Shown piece after piece: positions 9,508-18,800 of a stretch of 64,000 nt of DNA; position 1 is the stretch's first letter, and the number at the start of each line of letters is the position of its first letter. The position numbers were made by a program, and so were the translations under genes. The stretch covers positions 32,001-96,000 of the forward strand of contig JBBQZX010000012.1 in the NCBI GenBank assembly GCA_038207335.1, in the 5' to 3' direction. The stretch is from Chthoniobacterales bacterium (GTDB lineage Bacteria > Verrucomicrobiota > Verrucomicrobiia > Chthoniobacterales > Chthoniobacteraceae). The notes below the pieces were generated by a model. It was not told the DNA's origin, did not search any database, and saw nothing but the letters and a program-made list of their open reading frames with translations.

Positions 9508-10776
9508 CTATTTCTTTCCCGCTTTCCGATATGCGCCCATCTCCGGCGCGTCGGGATTCACCTCGGGACCGAAGTATCGGAGCACGACCAGCGGCTCGGT
9601 CGTGCTGGAATTTTCGAAAGTCACCCCGGCTTTGGCTCCAGTCTCCGTGCAGAAGAACTCATCCTCCGTCAACTCAGTGAAGCGGATGAGCTTTGGGCTA
9701 TTGAGCGGCTGGTTGTTGATTTTCCCAATGCCTTGAACGCAGATAAGTCCATAGGCGCCGTTGTCCTTGATCGTCGCCTTTGCGCCCGGATCGACCGTGA
9801 GTTCCTTGGCCGTGAAAAGCTGCTCCCCATCGACCTTGCCATACACGATCCAGCGATCCACGTATCCTTCGCTGCTGGTATCCGCCACCGCGATCGGCTC
9901 GAGGTAGTGATTCTCCTTGAAGTGCGGATCCACATTCTTCTCCCAGTCGAGTTGCTCCACGATGAAGTCCAAGTCCTTGTGCTTGTTCTTCGGCATGTCC
10001 TTCACCAACAAAGCCCAAGGCACTTCGCGACCTTCTACGAGCGACTGATACATTCCAAAGACATCGCTCCCCCACTGCGGCTCATAGGTGCAGAGCGAGC
10101 CCGGCGCGTGCAGGATGCACGGGTCGATGAGCCAGCCGGTGCCTGCCTTCAGACGGTAGGCCTTGGATAAGTCGAGGATGCCGTTGTCACCTTTGTTCCA
10201 GTTCTCCAGACACTTGCGGACTTGCGCCTTCGTTGTGCCCGGCTCGAAGCCCATGAAGGTATATGGAAAATTGTTTCCGACATTGTTGTGCTGCGGAGGA
10301 AAGTAGTAGCTCTCCGGCTTCCCTTCCTGCCCCACCAGCTTCGCCTGCTTCGCCGACTGGTGCATGTGGTGCGGGATCGGCCCCATGTTATCGAAGAATT
10401 TCGAATACACCGGCCACTTGGAATACTTTTTCCATATCTTGCTTCCAATGAGTGTCGCCCCGCACTCCGCCACGGCTTGTTGCAAAGTGAACCTCTGCTT
10501 GCCAGCGACCACATAGCTCAGACCTTCATCCGGAGTGCGATTGTCATTGGCCGCGGGAGTCGTGCTGGCAAACCACCGCTCGTCGATGCCCCCGCGGTTC
10601 AACCCGTAAGCGTAAAGGTCATCCGGATGGAGTTTCAGCCGCTTGCCGGGCTGAAGAAAGCTGCGCGGCACCCAGCACGGCGCGAGTCTCAACAGACCGC
10701 CGGTGCGAGAAAGCTCGCCCTCCACGGTTTTCTGGACGTTCTTCTTGAGGACTTTAAGGGAGGTGACGGTGTTCAT
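9508..10776 (-). CDS. Conserved cupin protein, mannose-6-phosphate isomerase class I-like
   Basis: PIPHHMHQ...KPESYYF...ILHAPG...YEPQWGSD resembles the type I PMI metal motifs (xQxHP, KxExWY, HA, ExQQxSD); substrate not established. Confidence 0.6.
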   Translation of the reverse strand: MNTVTSLKVLKKNVQKTVEGELSRTGGLLRLAPCWVPRSFLQPGKRLKLHPDDLYAYGLNRGGIDERWFASTTPAANDNRTPDEGLSYVVAGKQRFTLQQAVAECGATLIGSKIWKKYSKWPVYSKFFDNMGPIPHHMHQSAKQAKLVGQEGKPESYYFPPQHNNVGNNFPYTFMGFEPGTTKAQVRKCLENWNKGDNGILDLSKAYRLKAGTGWLIDPCILHAPGSLCTYEPQWGSDVFGMYQSLVEGREVPWALLVKDMPKNKHKDLDFIVEQLDWEKNVDPHFKENHYLEPIAVADTSSEGYVDRWIVYGKVDGEQLFTAKELTVDPGAKATIKDNGAYGLICVQGIGKINNQPLNSPKLIRFTELTEDEFFCTETGAKAGVTFENSSTTEPLVVLRYFGPEVNPDAPEMGAYRKAGKK

Positions 10777-10914
10777 GCGTATGGGTTGGGGAAAAGCGGG
10801 CGGTCTTTATTCCAGCGCGACGCGAGCGGGTCAAGGGCGAGACCTCGGCTTCGTGTGAAATTTCAAGCCCCGCACTACGAGCGCTGGCTGGCCCGTCTTC
10901 CCGGAACGAGTTTT

Positions 10915-12981
10915 CTACCGCCGCGCAGGCGCATTTGCGGCACGGCGTTTGGCTCGATCCCAGTAAATCGACTGGTCGTCTTTCTCCGGCAAATCTCCAC
11001 CGTGCCATTCCTTCAACAAACCGAGATTGTAATACAGCCGGGTGAGCGCGTCGGCGCGCGACTCGCCGCGGAGTGTTTGCTGCCAGAGATGCGCGCGCTT
11101 TTCCTCACTGACGTGCTTGAGAGTTCCCAATCCCAGAAAGCTGAAAACGCTCCGGCTTCCGTCGAAACGATCCAGCGGCGCTTCCACACACCGCAAGTCT
11201 TCACCATACTTCGCCGCAGTCGCCGTGCGGTAGCTGATATCCAGCGCGCGATTTGCCTTCAACGTTCCCGCGCCGAGGTAAAAGTCCGCACGATCCCCCT
11301 TCCCGCGCTCGGCGGAGCATAGTAGCGCGTAATAGACGGCCTCGGCTTTTTTCCACGAATGCCAGTCGCCTGCACGCTCGATTTCGGCGCGATTTTTCTG
11401 AAGCCACAACGCCGCTGCCGCTGCGACCTGCGGAGTCGCGGCAGAGGTCCCACTGCCGTCGAGATCGAGCGCATCGGCACGTTCTTTTCCGCCTTCCTTG
11501 CGGATCGCGAGCCACGGGATATTGGGCGAGTAAGCCGCAATTGGCTGGGCATGCAATTCGCCCTGCTCTTTCACCTGCTCAGGATCGACTTTTCGCATGG
11601 GCCGATAAAGCACCGCGCTGGTGCCGTCCGCGCCGTAGCTGCCGCGCGCGGCCCATTGCAGCAGCGTCCAGGGGCGGAGCACGAGCCGCCAATAATCGTT
11701 TTTCCCGTAGCTGCCACCGCGGGATGTGACTCCCGTGACGCCGACCACCCGCCCGAATGCCGCGGGATACACAGGGCTCGCTGGCAGGATGATCCCCGCG
11801 GGCCGAAAGGGATTTCCGACCATGGAAAAGAAGTCGCTCTCCGCCGCGAACATCGCCGTGCCGCGTTCGTAGGCGGCATTCACCGCATCCGCCCAAGCCT
11901 GCGTCGGCGCGCCTCCGTGGCTCATCGAGATCACGTCGCAATGCTGCTCACGGCTCGCGTAGTCGATGGCGTAGGCGAGTTCCGCGGTATTCAGCGAGAC
12001 GACCCACGGCGCGACCCGCACGGGGACGATCTCGGCGTGCGGTGCGCCCCCGAGGTATCCCGTGTAGCCCGCGACGCCAGGCTGCGGCGGCAGCGTCACG
12101 CGGCGCCCCGCGAGAATGCCGATCGTCCCGAGTCCGTGCGACGCGCGCGCCGCGCCGATGCCGGGCGCATCCGGCGGGCGAAGTCTTTCGGCGCTCATCG
12201 AGCCGGGATTCTCCTCCTCGCGAGTCACGCTCATTTCATACTCGAGGCGCCCGACCGCGTTGGAAAGAGCACCGCGTTTCTTGAGACTCTCAGAACTTTC
12301 CTTCACGAGATTCTCCGGCAGGCCAGCATGGCGCGCATCGTAGCCATTGTCGAGATGCCCGATCCGAATCGCCATGCCGGGAGCAGGGCGGCCGACTCGC
12401 TCACGTGCGCTGGCAAGCTGTGAATAACGATCGCGCAAATACCAGACCGGATCGATCGCCGGGCGACCCGGCGGATCGAACTTCAAGCCGGCTTCGGCAT
12501 CTGAAACCCGGACGATCGGCCAAGCGCTGGAGGGCTTCTTTTTGTAAACGAGCGGCGTCGCGCTATCGCGCAGCATCAGACCGGCTTTGTCCGGCAGCAT
12601 TTCCGCACCCTGCTTCGACGCGAAGCGCGCGAAGGTGCGGTTGGGCTCGAGCAGGATCGGGTAAAAGCCGAGCACCTGTTTCGTCGCGTCCGCGATCTCC
12701 GGCGCGCGAGCGAACAACTGCATCCAGTAAGGGTTCATGAATCCAGTGCGTAACGGCCTCTGGTTGTTCCAAGCCACATACCACTGGCTCCGATCCGCGG
12801 CGGGCGCTGCGAGGACATGGCGAAAATGCCAGCCATCGGCGCTCGCCTTGGTGTCATGAATCTCCGGATCAGGGACTTTCACCAAAACCGTCGATGTGAC
12901 ACGCAAGCTCTCGGTGACACTGCAACCGGAGACGCAAGCCGCGATGGCACCCCACGCGCACCGGACGACGAACGACTTCAT
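10915..12981 (-). CDS. S8 (subtilase) serine peptidase, predicted lipoprotein
   Basis: Lipobox-like IAACVSG-C; catalytic D (GHLDNG), H (SHGLGTIG) and S (GSGTSAATPQVA); ATGA overlap with the upstream gene at 12978-12981. Confidence 0.88.
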   Translation of the reverse strand: MKSFVVRCAWGAIAACVSGCSVTESLRVTSTVLVKVPDPEIHDTKASADGWHFRHVLAAPAADRSQWYVAWNNQRPLRTGFMNPYWMQLFARAPEIADATKQVLGFYPILLEPNRTFARFASKQGAEMLPDKAGLMLRDSATPLVYKKKPSSAWPIVRVSDAEAGLKFDPPGRPAIDPVWYLRDRYSQLASARERVGRPAPGMAIRIGHLDNGYDARHAGLPENLVKESSESLKKRGALSNAVGRLEYEMSVTREEENPGSMSAERLRPPDAPGIGAARASHGLGTIGILAGRRVTLPPQPGVAGYTGYLGGAPHAEIVPVRVAPWVVSLNTAELAYAIDYASREQHCDVISMSHGGAPTQAWADAVNAAYERGTAMFAAESDFFSMVGNPFRPAGIILPASPVYPAAFGRVVGVTGVTSRGGSYGKNDYWRLVLRPWTLLQWAARGSYGADGTSAVLYRPMRKVDPEQVKEQGELHAQPIAAYSPNIPWLAIRKEGGKERADALDLDGSGTSAATPQVAAAAALWLQKNRAEIERAGDWHSWKKAEAVYYALLCSAERGKGDRADFYLGAGTLKANRALDISYRTATAAKYGEDLRCVEAPLDRFDGSRSVFSFLGLGTLKHVSEEKRAHLWQQTLRGESRADALTRLYYNLGLLKEWHGGDLPEKDDQSIYWDRAKRRAANAPARR

Positions 12982-15779
12982 CGCCGGCGCAAATCCGCGC
13001 GTTTGATCGTGTTTGGATCGTTACGATCTATGCGCCAGACGGGGTGGTGAAAGTGGATCACGAAGTCGCCATTGTAAGACGCCGCGGCATCGTCGAACAC
13101 GATCTGCCCGATCTTCGTCCACTCCAGTCCTGTTAGGAATTCGACCCCGAGTTTCCACTTCTTCCCCGAGTCTGAAACCGAGATGTCAAAGACGAGCTTG
13201 CGCTTCGGCTTTGGGTCGGCGCGGTCGTAGATGATCCCCATGATTTCATCACGGAAATCCTGATCGTCTCCACCGAGCTTTGGTGTGTCGGCGGATACCG
13301 TGAGCTTCATGAAACGCGGGCAGGAAGTCGGCGTCTCCTTCGGCTTTCCAAGCTCCGCGATCTCATAGAGCTGCCGCTCGGTGTTCTTGGTGTCCGCGAG
13401 CAGCAGAGTAAGTCCATTGATGAGCAGAAAGACGACATCCTTGCCCCGATTCCACGGCGAGACTGGCGGCGAATTCGTGATGATTGCCTCGCGAATGCTG
13501 TTCGTAAAACTGGCTCCCAAATCCTCCTGTGTAAAGAAGTGCGCCGGACCCTCCAGTGGCACCTCCGAGCCAGAACCTTTAGGGTAGATTTTCCCGACGA
13601 GCGCAAGTGAGCGGTAGTTCCCGCCCCAAGGCTTCGAGCCACCAGTCGAGTAGCGCGCGAGGATGCGTCCTTCCGACCCTGGCGCGAAGAATCCGGTGTA
13701 ACGCGTGTTCTCAGGCGCTCCGGCGATTTTCCAAGTGCCGCTCAGGCAGATGCCCATCGGATGCAGCAGTCGTCGAAAGCCCTTGTTGTCGACGCCCCAG
13801 CGTAGGTCGGCATGCGAGCGCACAGTGCGCTTGGCCGCCTGCCGGAAGATGCGCATCCCAAGCGGGAAAATCCCACGCAACAGGCTGCTGACTGTCTGAG
13901 TATAAACCGGCAACGTCCGCCGATCCGGTCCGCCCCACGCGTTGCCATAGTAAGGAGTCTCAAAGACCGCGCGCTTCACCTCGTCGTAACAGTGAGTCGC
14001 GGTCGGAAGATCGCTTTCGCTCACGTCTTGGTTTCCCGGCGGGAACGGCTCCGGATCGCGCTTGCAATATCCGAACCGACGCCCGAGCGCGAAGATCCAT
14101 GCAATGCCGAATACCGCAATCACACCTACCCCGAGGATCAAGCGAGTGAGCTTATGGAAAGGCTGCGACACCGCCTTCAAATCCGCGGTCGGTAGATTCG
14201 GCGCGATGACGGCGTGGAGCAGGCAAATCGTTATGATGGCAACGATTCCGACAAAGACGCGTGTGAGATTCGAGCTCACCGTCAGTAGCAGTAGTATCGT
14301 GAACATCAGAACTCCCGCGACGAGCAGAAGCCAAAGGGTCTTCCAAGTCGCAGGCTTAAAGTTTGCGAAAGCAATCGCGGCAGGATCGCCTACCAACGGC
14401 ACCGGGTAACCTCCCATCGTGGCGCCGCGTTGCGCACTTGCTTCGATCTCTTCTTTCGTCCAAGGCGGCGCAAGATACGGAAAGCTATTCTGAAACTCCT
14501 TGTCGTTCGTCGTCGCCCGCGGGAACTGCTTCGACTCGGCATAGGATAGCTCCAGCAGCAGCGTCTCTCCAGCATCCGCAAGCGTCTTGGAAACGTCATC
14601 TTCCAACCAGCGCCCATTTGGAAAGCGCGCTGGCTTCGTCAGGTCATAGACCATCACATCCGGCGCGGAGTCGTAGTGCCGGTGCGCCTCGAGCGGGGCG
14701 AGCATCGTAGCCAGCACATCTTCCATGACGGTCGGTTTGTCATGGACTTGCGTGATTACCTTCACATGATCCGCCGGGTGCTTGGTATTGAGATAGCCAA
14801 AACGCGGAAGCTGCGTGCGCAGCGAACGCCCGACATGATCGATCTGCACGCCTTTCGCATCGTGCGTCGTCGCCCACAAAAAGATCGGGCCATGCCGCGC
14901 AGGATCACGAAGCGCGGCGAGCGGGATACTGGTGACGATGCCGACGACATTCCGGCGAAAGAACCGCGGGAAGATGAAAGGATCGTCGAACACGCCGGTC
15001 TGCACATTGATGACACCGCGCTGAAAGGCATTGCCGGAAATACGCACCTTTCCATCCACCAGCTTCTCCTTGGCGACGACGTTCACCTTTCCCGGAATCC
15101 CATCGAATCGCGTGCCCGTGATTTGTGGCTGCGAGGCATCGCCATCCTTCACCAGACCGAGTTCGAACTCCATCTGGGCATCATCCGCGATCGCATCTGG
15201 AGGCGCGATGATCCCGCCATAAAGCGCCTGCATCGAGCGATCCCCCTCGTGCTGCGAAATCAGCGTCCCGCGGCTTGCGAGCGCATCTTTCCATTTGGTT
15301 TCGGCACGGTCTTCGCCCGCTTTGTCCGCCGCCCTTTTAGCCGCGTCCAAGGCTGCCGCGGTCTTCTCGACTTCCTTGTTCAGCGTACCGAGAGTCGCGA
15401 CGTAGTCCCTCCCCTCGCGAGTCAGCGCCTCGTCGAAAAAGCGCACCGGCGGTTGCAAGTCGAGGTGCACACGAAACTTGAACCCTTTCAAATCCAACCG
15501 TGAGACTTGTGTTGGCTGCAAAGCCCGCTGCACGCAGAGACTGATGATGAGCTGATCGCCAGTCGCCGACGGATCGCCTTCGGTCACCAATTTGCCCGCC
15601 TTGTCCACGATGAAAGCGTGCAAGTCCGTGATGTTTGCCGCCGGCGAAGCTTGCACCTGAAAAGGATTCAAGCTCATCGGGTCCGCGTGATCGGAAGCCC
15701 GCGCAGAAGGCAGCAACAGGCAAAAAAGAAGCGCAGCAGCAAACCAACAGGCGCGGGAGGCAACGTGCATGTTTTTCAT
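12978..15779 (-). CDS. DUF4331-like N-terminal domain, about 3 TM helices and a C-terminal catalase-like domain (fusion protein)
   Basis: Signal peptide then SDHADP...NITDLHAF, GVFDDPFIF, QIDHVGR, PDVMVYD...FPNGRWLEDDV, FPYLAPP (DUF4331-type motifs); three hydrophobic stretches; RRLLHPMGICLSG...TGFF...ARYS...RSLALVGK (catalase-like fold motifs). Confidence 0.72.
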   Translation of the reverse strand: MKNMHVASRACWFAAALLFCLLLPSARASDHADPMSLNPFQVQASPAANITDLHAFIVDKAGKLVTEGDPSATGDQLIISLCVQRALQPTQVSRLDLKGFKFRVHLDLQPPVRFFDEALTREGRDYVATLGTLNKEVEKTAAALDAAKRAADKAGEDRAETKWKDALASRGTLISQHEGDRSMQALYGGIIAPPDAIADDAQMEFELGLVKDGDASQPQITGTRFDGIPGKVNVVAKEKLVDGKVRISGNAFQRGVINVQTGVFDDPFIFPRFFRRNVVGIVTSIPLAALRDPARHGPIFLWATTHDAKGVQIDHVGRSLRTQLPRFGYLNTKHPADHVKVITQVHDKPTVMEDVLATMLAPLEAHRHYDSAPDVMVYDLTKPARFPNGRWLEDDVSKTLADAGETLLLELSYAESKQFPRATTNDKEFQNSFPYLAPPWTKEEIEASAQRGATMGGYPVPLVGDPAAIAFANFKPATWKTLWLLLVAGVLMFTILLLLTVSSNLTRVFVGIVAIITICLLHAVIAPNLPTADLKAVSQPFHKLTRLILGVGVIAVFGIAWIFALGRRFGYCKRDPEPFPPGNQDVSESDLPTATHCYDEVKRAVFETPYYGNAWGGPDRRTLPVYTQTVSSLLRGIFPLGMRIFRQAAKRTVRSHADLRWGVDNKGFRRLLHPMGICLSGTWKIAGAPENTRYTGFFAPGSEGRILARYSTGGSKPWGGNYRSLALVGKIYPKGSGSEVPLEGPAHFFTQEDLGASFTNSIREAIITNSPPVSPWNRGKDVVFLLINGLTLLLADTKNTERQLYEIAELGKPKETPTSCPRFMKLTVSADTPKLGGDDQDFRDEIMGIIYDRADPKPKRKLVFDISVSDSGKKWKLGVEFLTGLEWTKIGQIVFDDAAASYNGDFVIHFHHPVWRIDRNDPNTIKRADLRRR

Positions 15780-15809
15780 AAGATGAGTGGTGGTTGAAAG
15801 AGCCAAGAC

Positions 15810-18800
15810 CTAGCGCAAGACCTTCGCCGCGGTTTGCTGCCCGAGCGCGCGGTAGCTCTCCCACTGGATGTCGTCGAAGAATTGATCGAACGTTGGTGTT
15901 TGGGGGAATTTCGGGTTGACCTTTCCGTAGTTGAGAAGGTCCTGGGTCAAACCGTCATTGAGGCCGGGCTTGAAGAGAAGAATCCACGAGACATCCGGGC
16001 TTCCGGCATAAGTCACGCGCGCCAGTGCCGCATGATGCCCGCCTTCGCGCTTGATGTCGTTCAACGTCCCGAGTTGGTCGGGATCCATCCAATCTTGAAT
16101 CCATTGGTCGAGACCGTCGCAATGCTCACCGAGGCTACTCACTATCTGCGCCCACCGATTCATGCACCGTTGGCCTGTCGGCAATGCTTGCTGGGCCGCT
16201 AGCTGCACAGGGTTCAGCGCAGCGTTCGCTTTGTCCCGAATTCCCTTTATATCCAACCATACGATCTCCGCGCGGAAATCTTCGCGCACTTGCTGAGTCA
16301 GCAGCGAGACGTCGTTCCACTGATACTCCACATCTTCACCCGCCTCGCTCACGATCATGAAGCGTACGCGTCGCCGGATCAGCTCGTAGAGCGCCGTGAC
16401 CTCGAAGTGCCCGCCATCGCTTAGGTACCAGAACCAACGCGACGGCCCGTAGAAGCGAGCGCGCCATTCGTCCAGCAACATGCTTTGCGCGCGGAAAACC
16501 GTCACCGGCAGGCGCTTGAGCCTGCGCCACGCCGACTCCGGATACTGACCGGGCCGCTCTTCCTTCCGAATCCCCGAGTCCCACCAATAGCCGAGCCGCA
16601 CATTTGCCAGTCCCATGAAAAGCGACAGTGAGAGCTTTGTGCCGCGCCCGATGCCGGTGGAAAATGCCGCGCCTGAAATCCCGATCCACTGGCCGAGAGT
16701 CAGGCTCTCGACCTCGGCGCTCCCGCTCTCTTTCGACTTCAGGACATGGAAGGCATTCGGATCGCTCGACACGTCCAGCGCATCGAGCGCCGTCAGCGCG
16801 GGCGCTGCTTCCTGCACCCGACGCCTCCCAAAGCTCGGCAGGAGCGGCTTGGAGTCATCCCCATCAACGCCCGCGAGCCAGCGGCGGAGCTTTTGCCAAT
16901 ACGGAAGCGAATCCGGCCGCGACCACCGCGCAAAGTAACGCCGGCCCACGCTGACTCCGTGCGGAGTGATGCACATCGGCAGGCCTTTGCGCTCGCGGAT
17001 GTCGCGCGCCGAGGCCGCATCGACGGTCTCGTTGATGGTGACATTCACGAGATGCAGCGGGCCGCCCTGCTGCTCGGGATGATACTTGTGCCACGGGATG
17101 TCGTCGTTCGGATGGGCGACGCCGACGTCGTGGCCTTCGCTGCTCGAGGAGGCATAGACACGCTCTTCGTTCGATGCGCCTTGGAACGTGCGAGTGAGCC
17201 GCGAGGCGTAGGTCGCCTGCAGCGAGGAGAGATTGAGAAAGTCGAACGCGCGCCCGATCGCGAGCGAGAATAATCCAGTCACGCTGAGGACGAAGACAGC
17301 CCAGCAGGTGCCCGCGAAAGTGAAGACCAGCTTATGCGCGTGGACATCGACGACGAAGATCAGGAACACCGCGAGCGGAATCCCAATCGCCGTGGCGAGG
17401 CCCTGCAACGAGAACTCCTTCTTGCCGCCCGGCGAGAGTGCCTGCTTCGCGTTCATTGCGATTTTTTGTAAAAACGGCATGAGCGGCGCGACCGCAGCTG
17501 CCGCGATCGACAGGCCGCGGACGAGCCCGTGCGTCGCGAAAAGGAGCGCGAAGGTATCGAGCACGACCCACGCGACGAGCGCGGCAAAAATGAGCAGCAC
17601 TTCGCCGAGCGAGCGCAGGACGCGATTCGCCACAATGCCGCCGACCTTTCGCCGCTCGGCTTCGGAATCCGCGCCTTCCGTCGCACCCCAGCGCGCGACT
17701 TCCTGCCACACCCACGCAAGGATGAGCGCCACGGCTGCAACCGCCGCGACGAGCGCACCGTGCGGAATGCCGAGCCCGATCAGCGCGCCCGTGAGCGCCA
17801 CCAGCCACGCGAGCAGCGAGAAGAACGGATAGGGCCGATACGAGCCGATCCGCGGCGCGAGCCAGTAGCTCAGCGTTGCCGGCAGCACAGCCACGCCGAG
17901 CGCCAGCACCGGCAGCCACCACCACGGCGAGAGCGTGATATTCCACACGACCGGGGCCCCCAACTGCGCCCGCAAAAGCGCGTGCAACTGGAACGCGCCC
18001 CAGCGATCCAGCAATCCCCCGCCCCCCGACGGCAGCCACGCGAGCAGGCCGAAGAGCGTGAAAAGCAGCGCGCCGGCGACGAGATAGACGGCGACGAGAT
18101 TGCGCCACAACACGGCGAGGTTCAGGTGCAGGTCGGTCGTGCCGGTCGCGAAAATGTAGTTCGCCTGAGACCGCAGCCACTCTATCGGGGCGGACCATGT
18201 GTCCTTCAAAGTCTCCTGCACGCGCTCGCACGGATCCTTCGCGAGCTTCGTGGACTCGCGCGTGAAAAGCCGCCCGAGAAAACTGCCAGCAAAGCCGCCG
18301 CCGGAGACGGTCGAAAGGATGTCCACCTCACGGATTCGGTTGCGCGCGGCAAGCGCCTGAATCACGCCCAGCGCGAAAGTCGAACTGCGAATACCGCCCC
18401 CCGAAAGCGCCAACCCAACTGTCCGCGCGGGGAGCTTTCGCTCGTCGCGCTCCTCGCCCGCGGGATCGCTAGGTCTCGCGGCTTTCTCGCGCCGGGCGCG
18501 GATCGCCGCCGCTTCGTCCTCCTCGAAACGAGCGGGATACACCGCCGTCAGCGAGTCCTCGATCAGCGTGTCCGCCGCTTTTTCGCTCACCATGTAGATC
18601 GGCGCCACGATGAAGTAGCCCGGGATTTTCGGAAACACAGACGCATCTACGATGCGCAGGCCGTTCACGCCATGGACTCGAAACCGGCTGTCCAGCACCG
18701 CACCGCGATCCTTGAGGTCATCCGTATTTGCCTTCCACGCGTCCGACCCGATCGGGCAGGTGCAAGAGCAATGATGCCCCCACGCCTGCGTCTTGATCCA

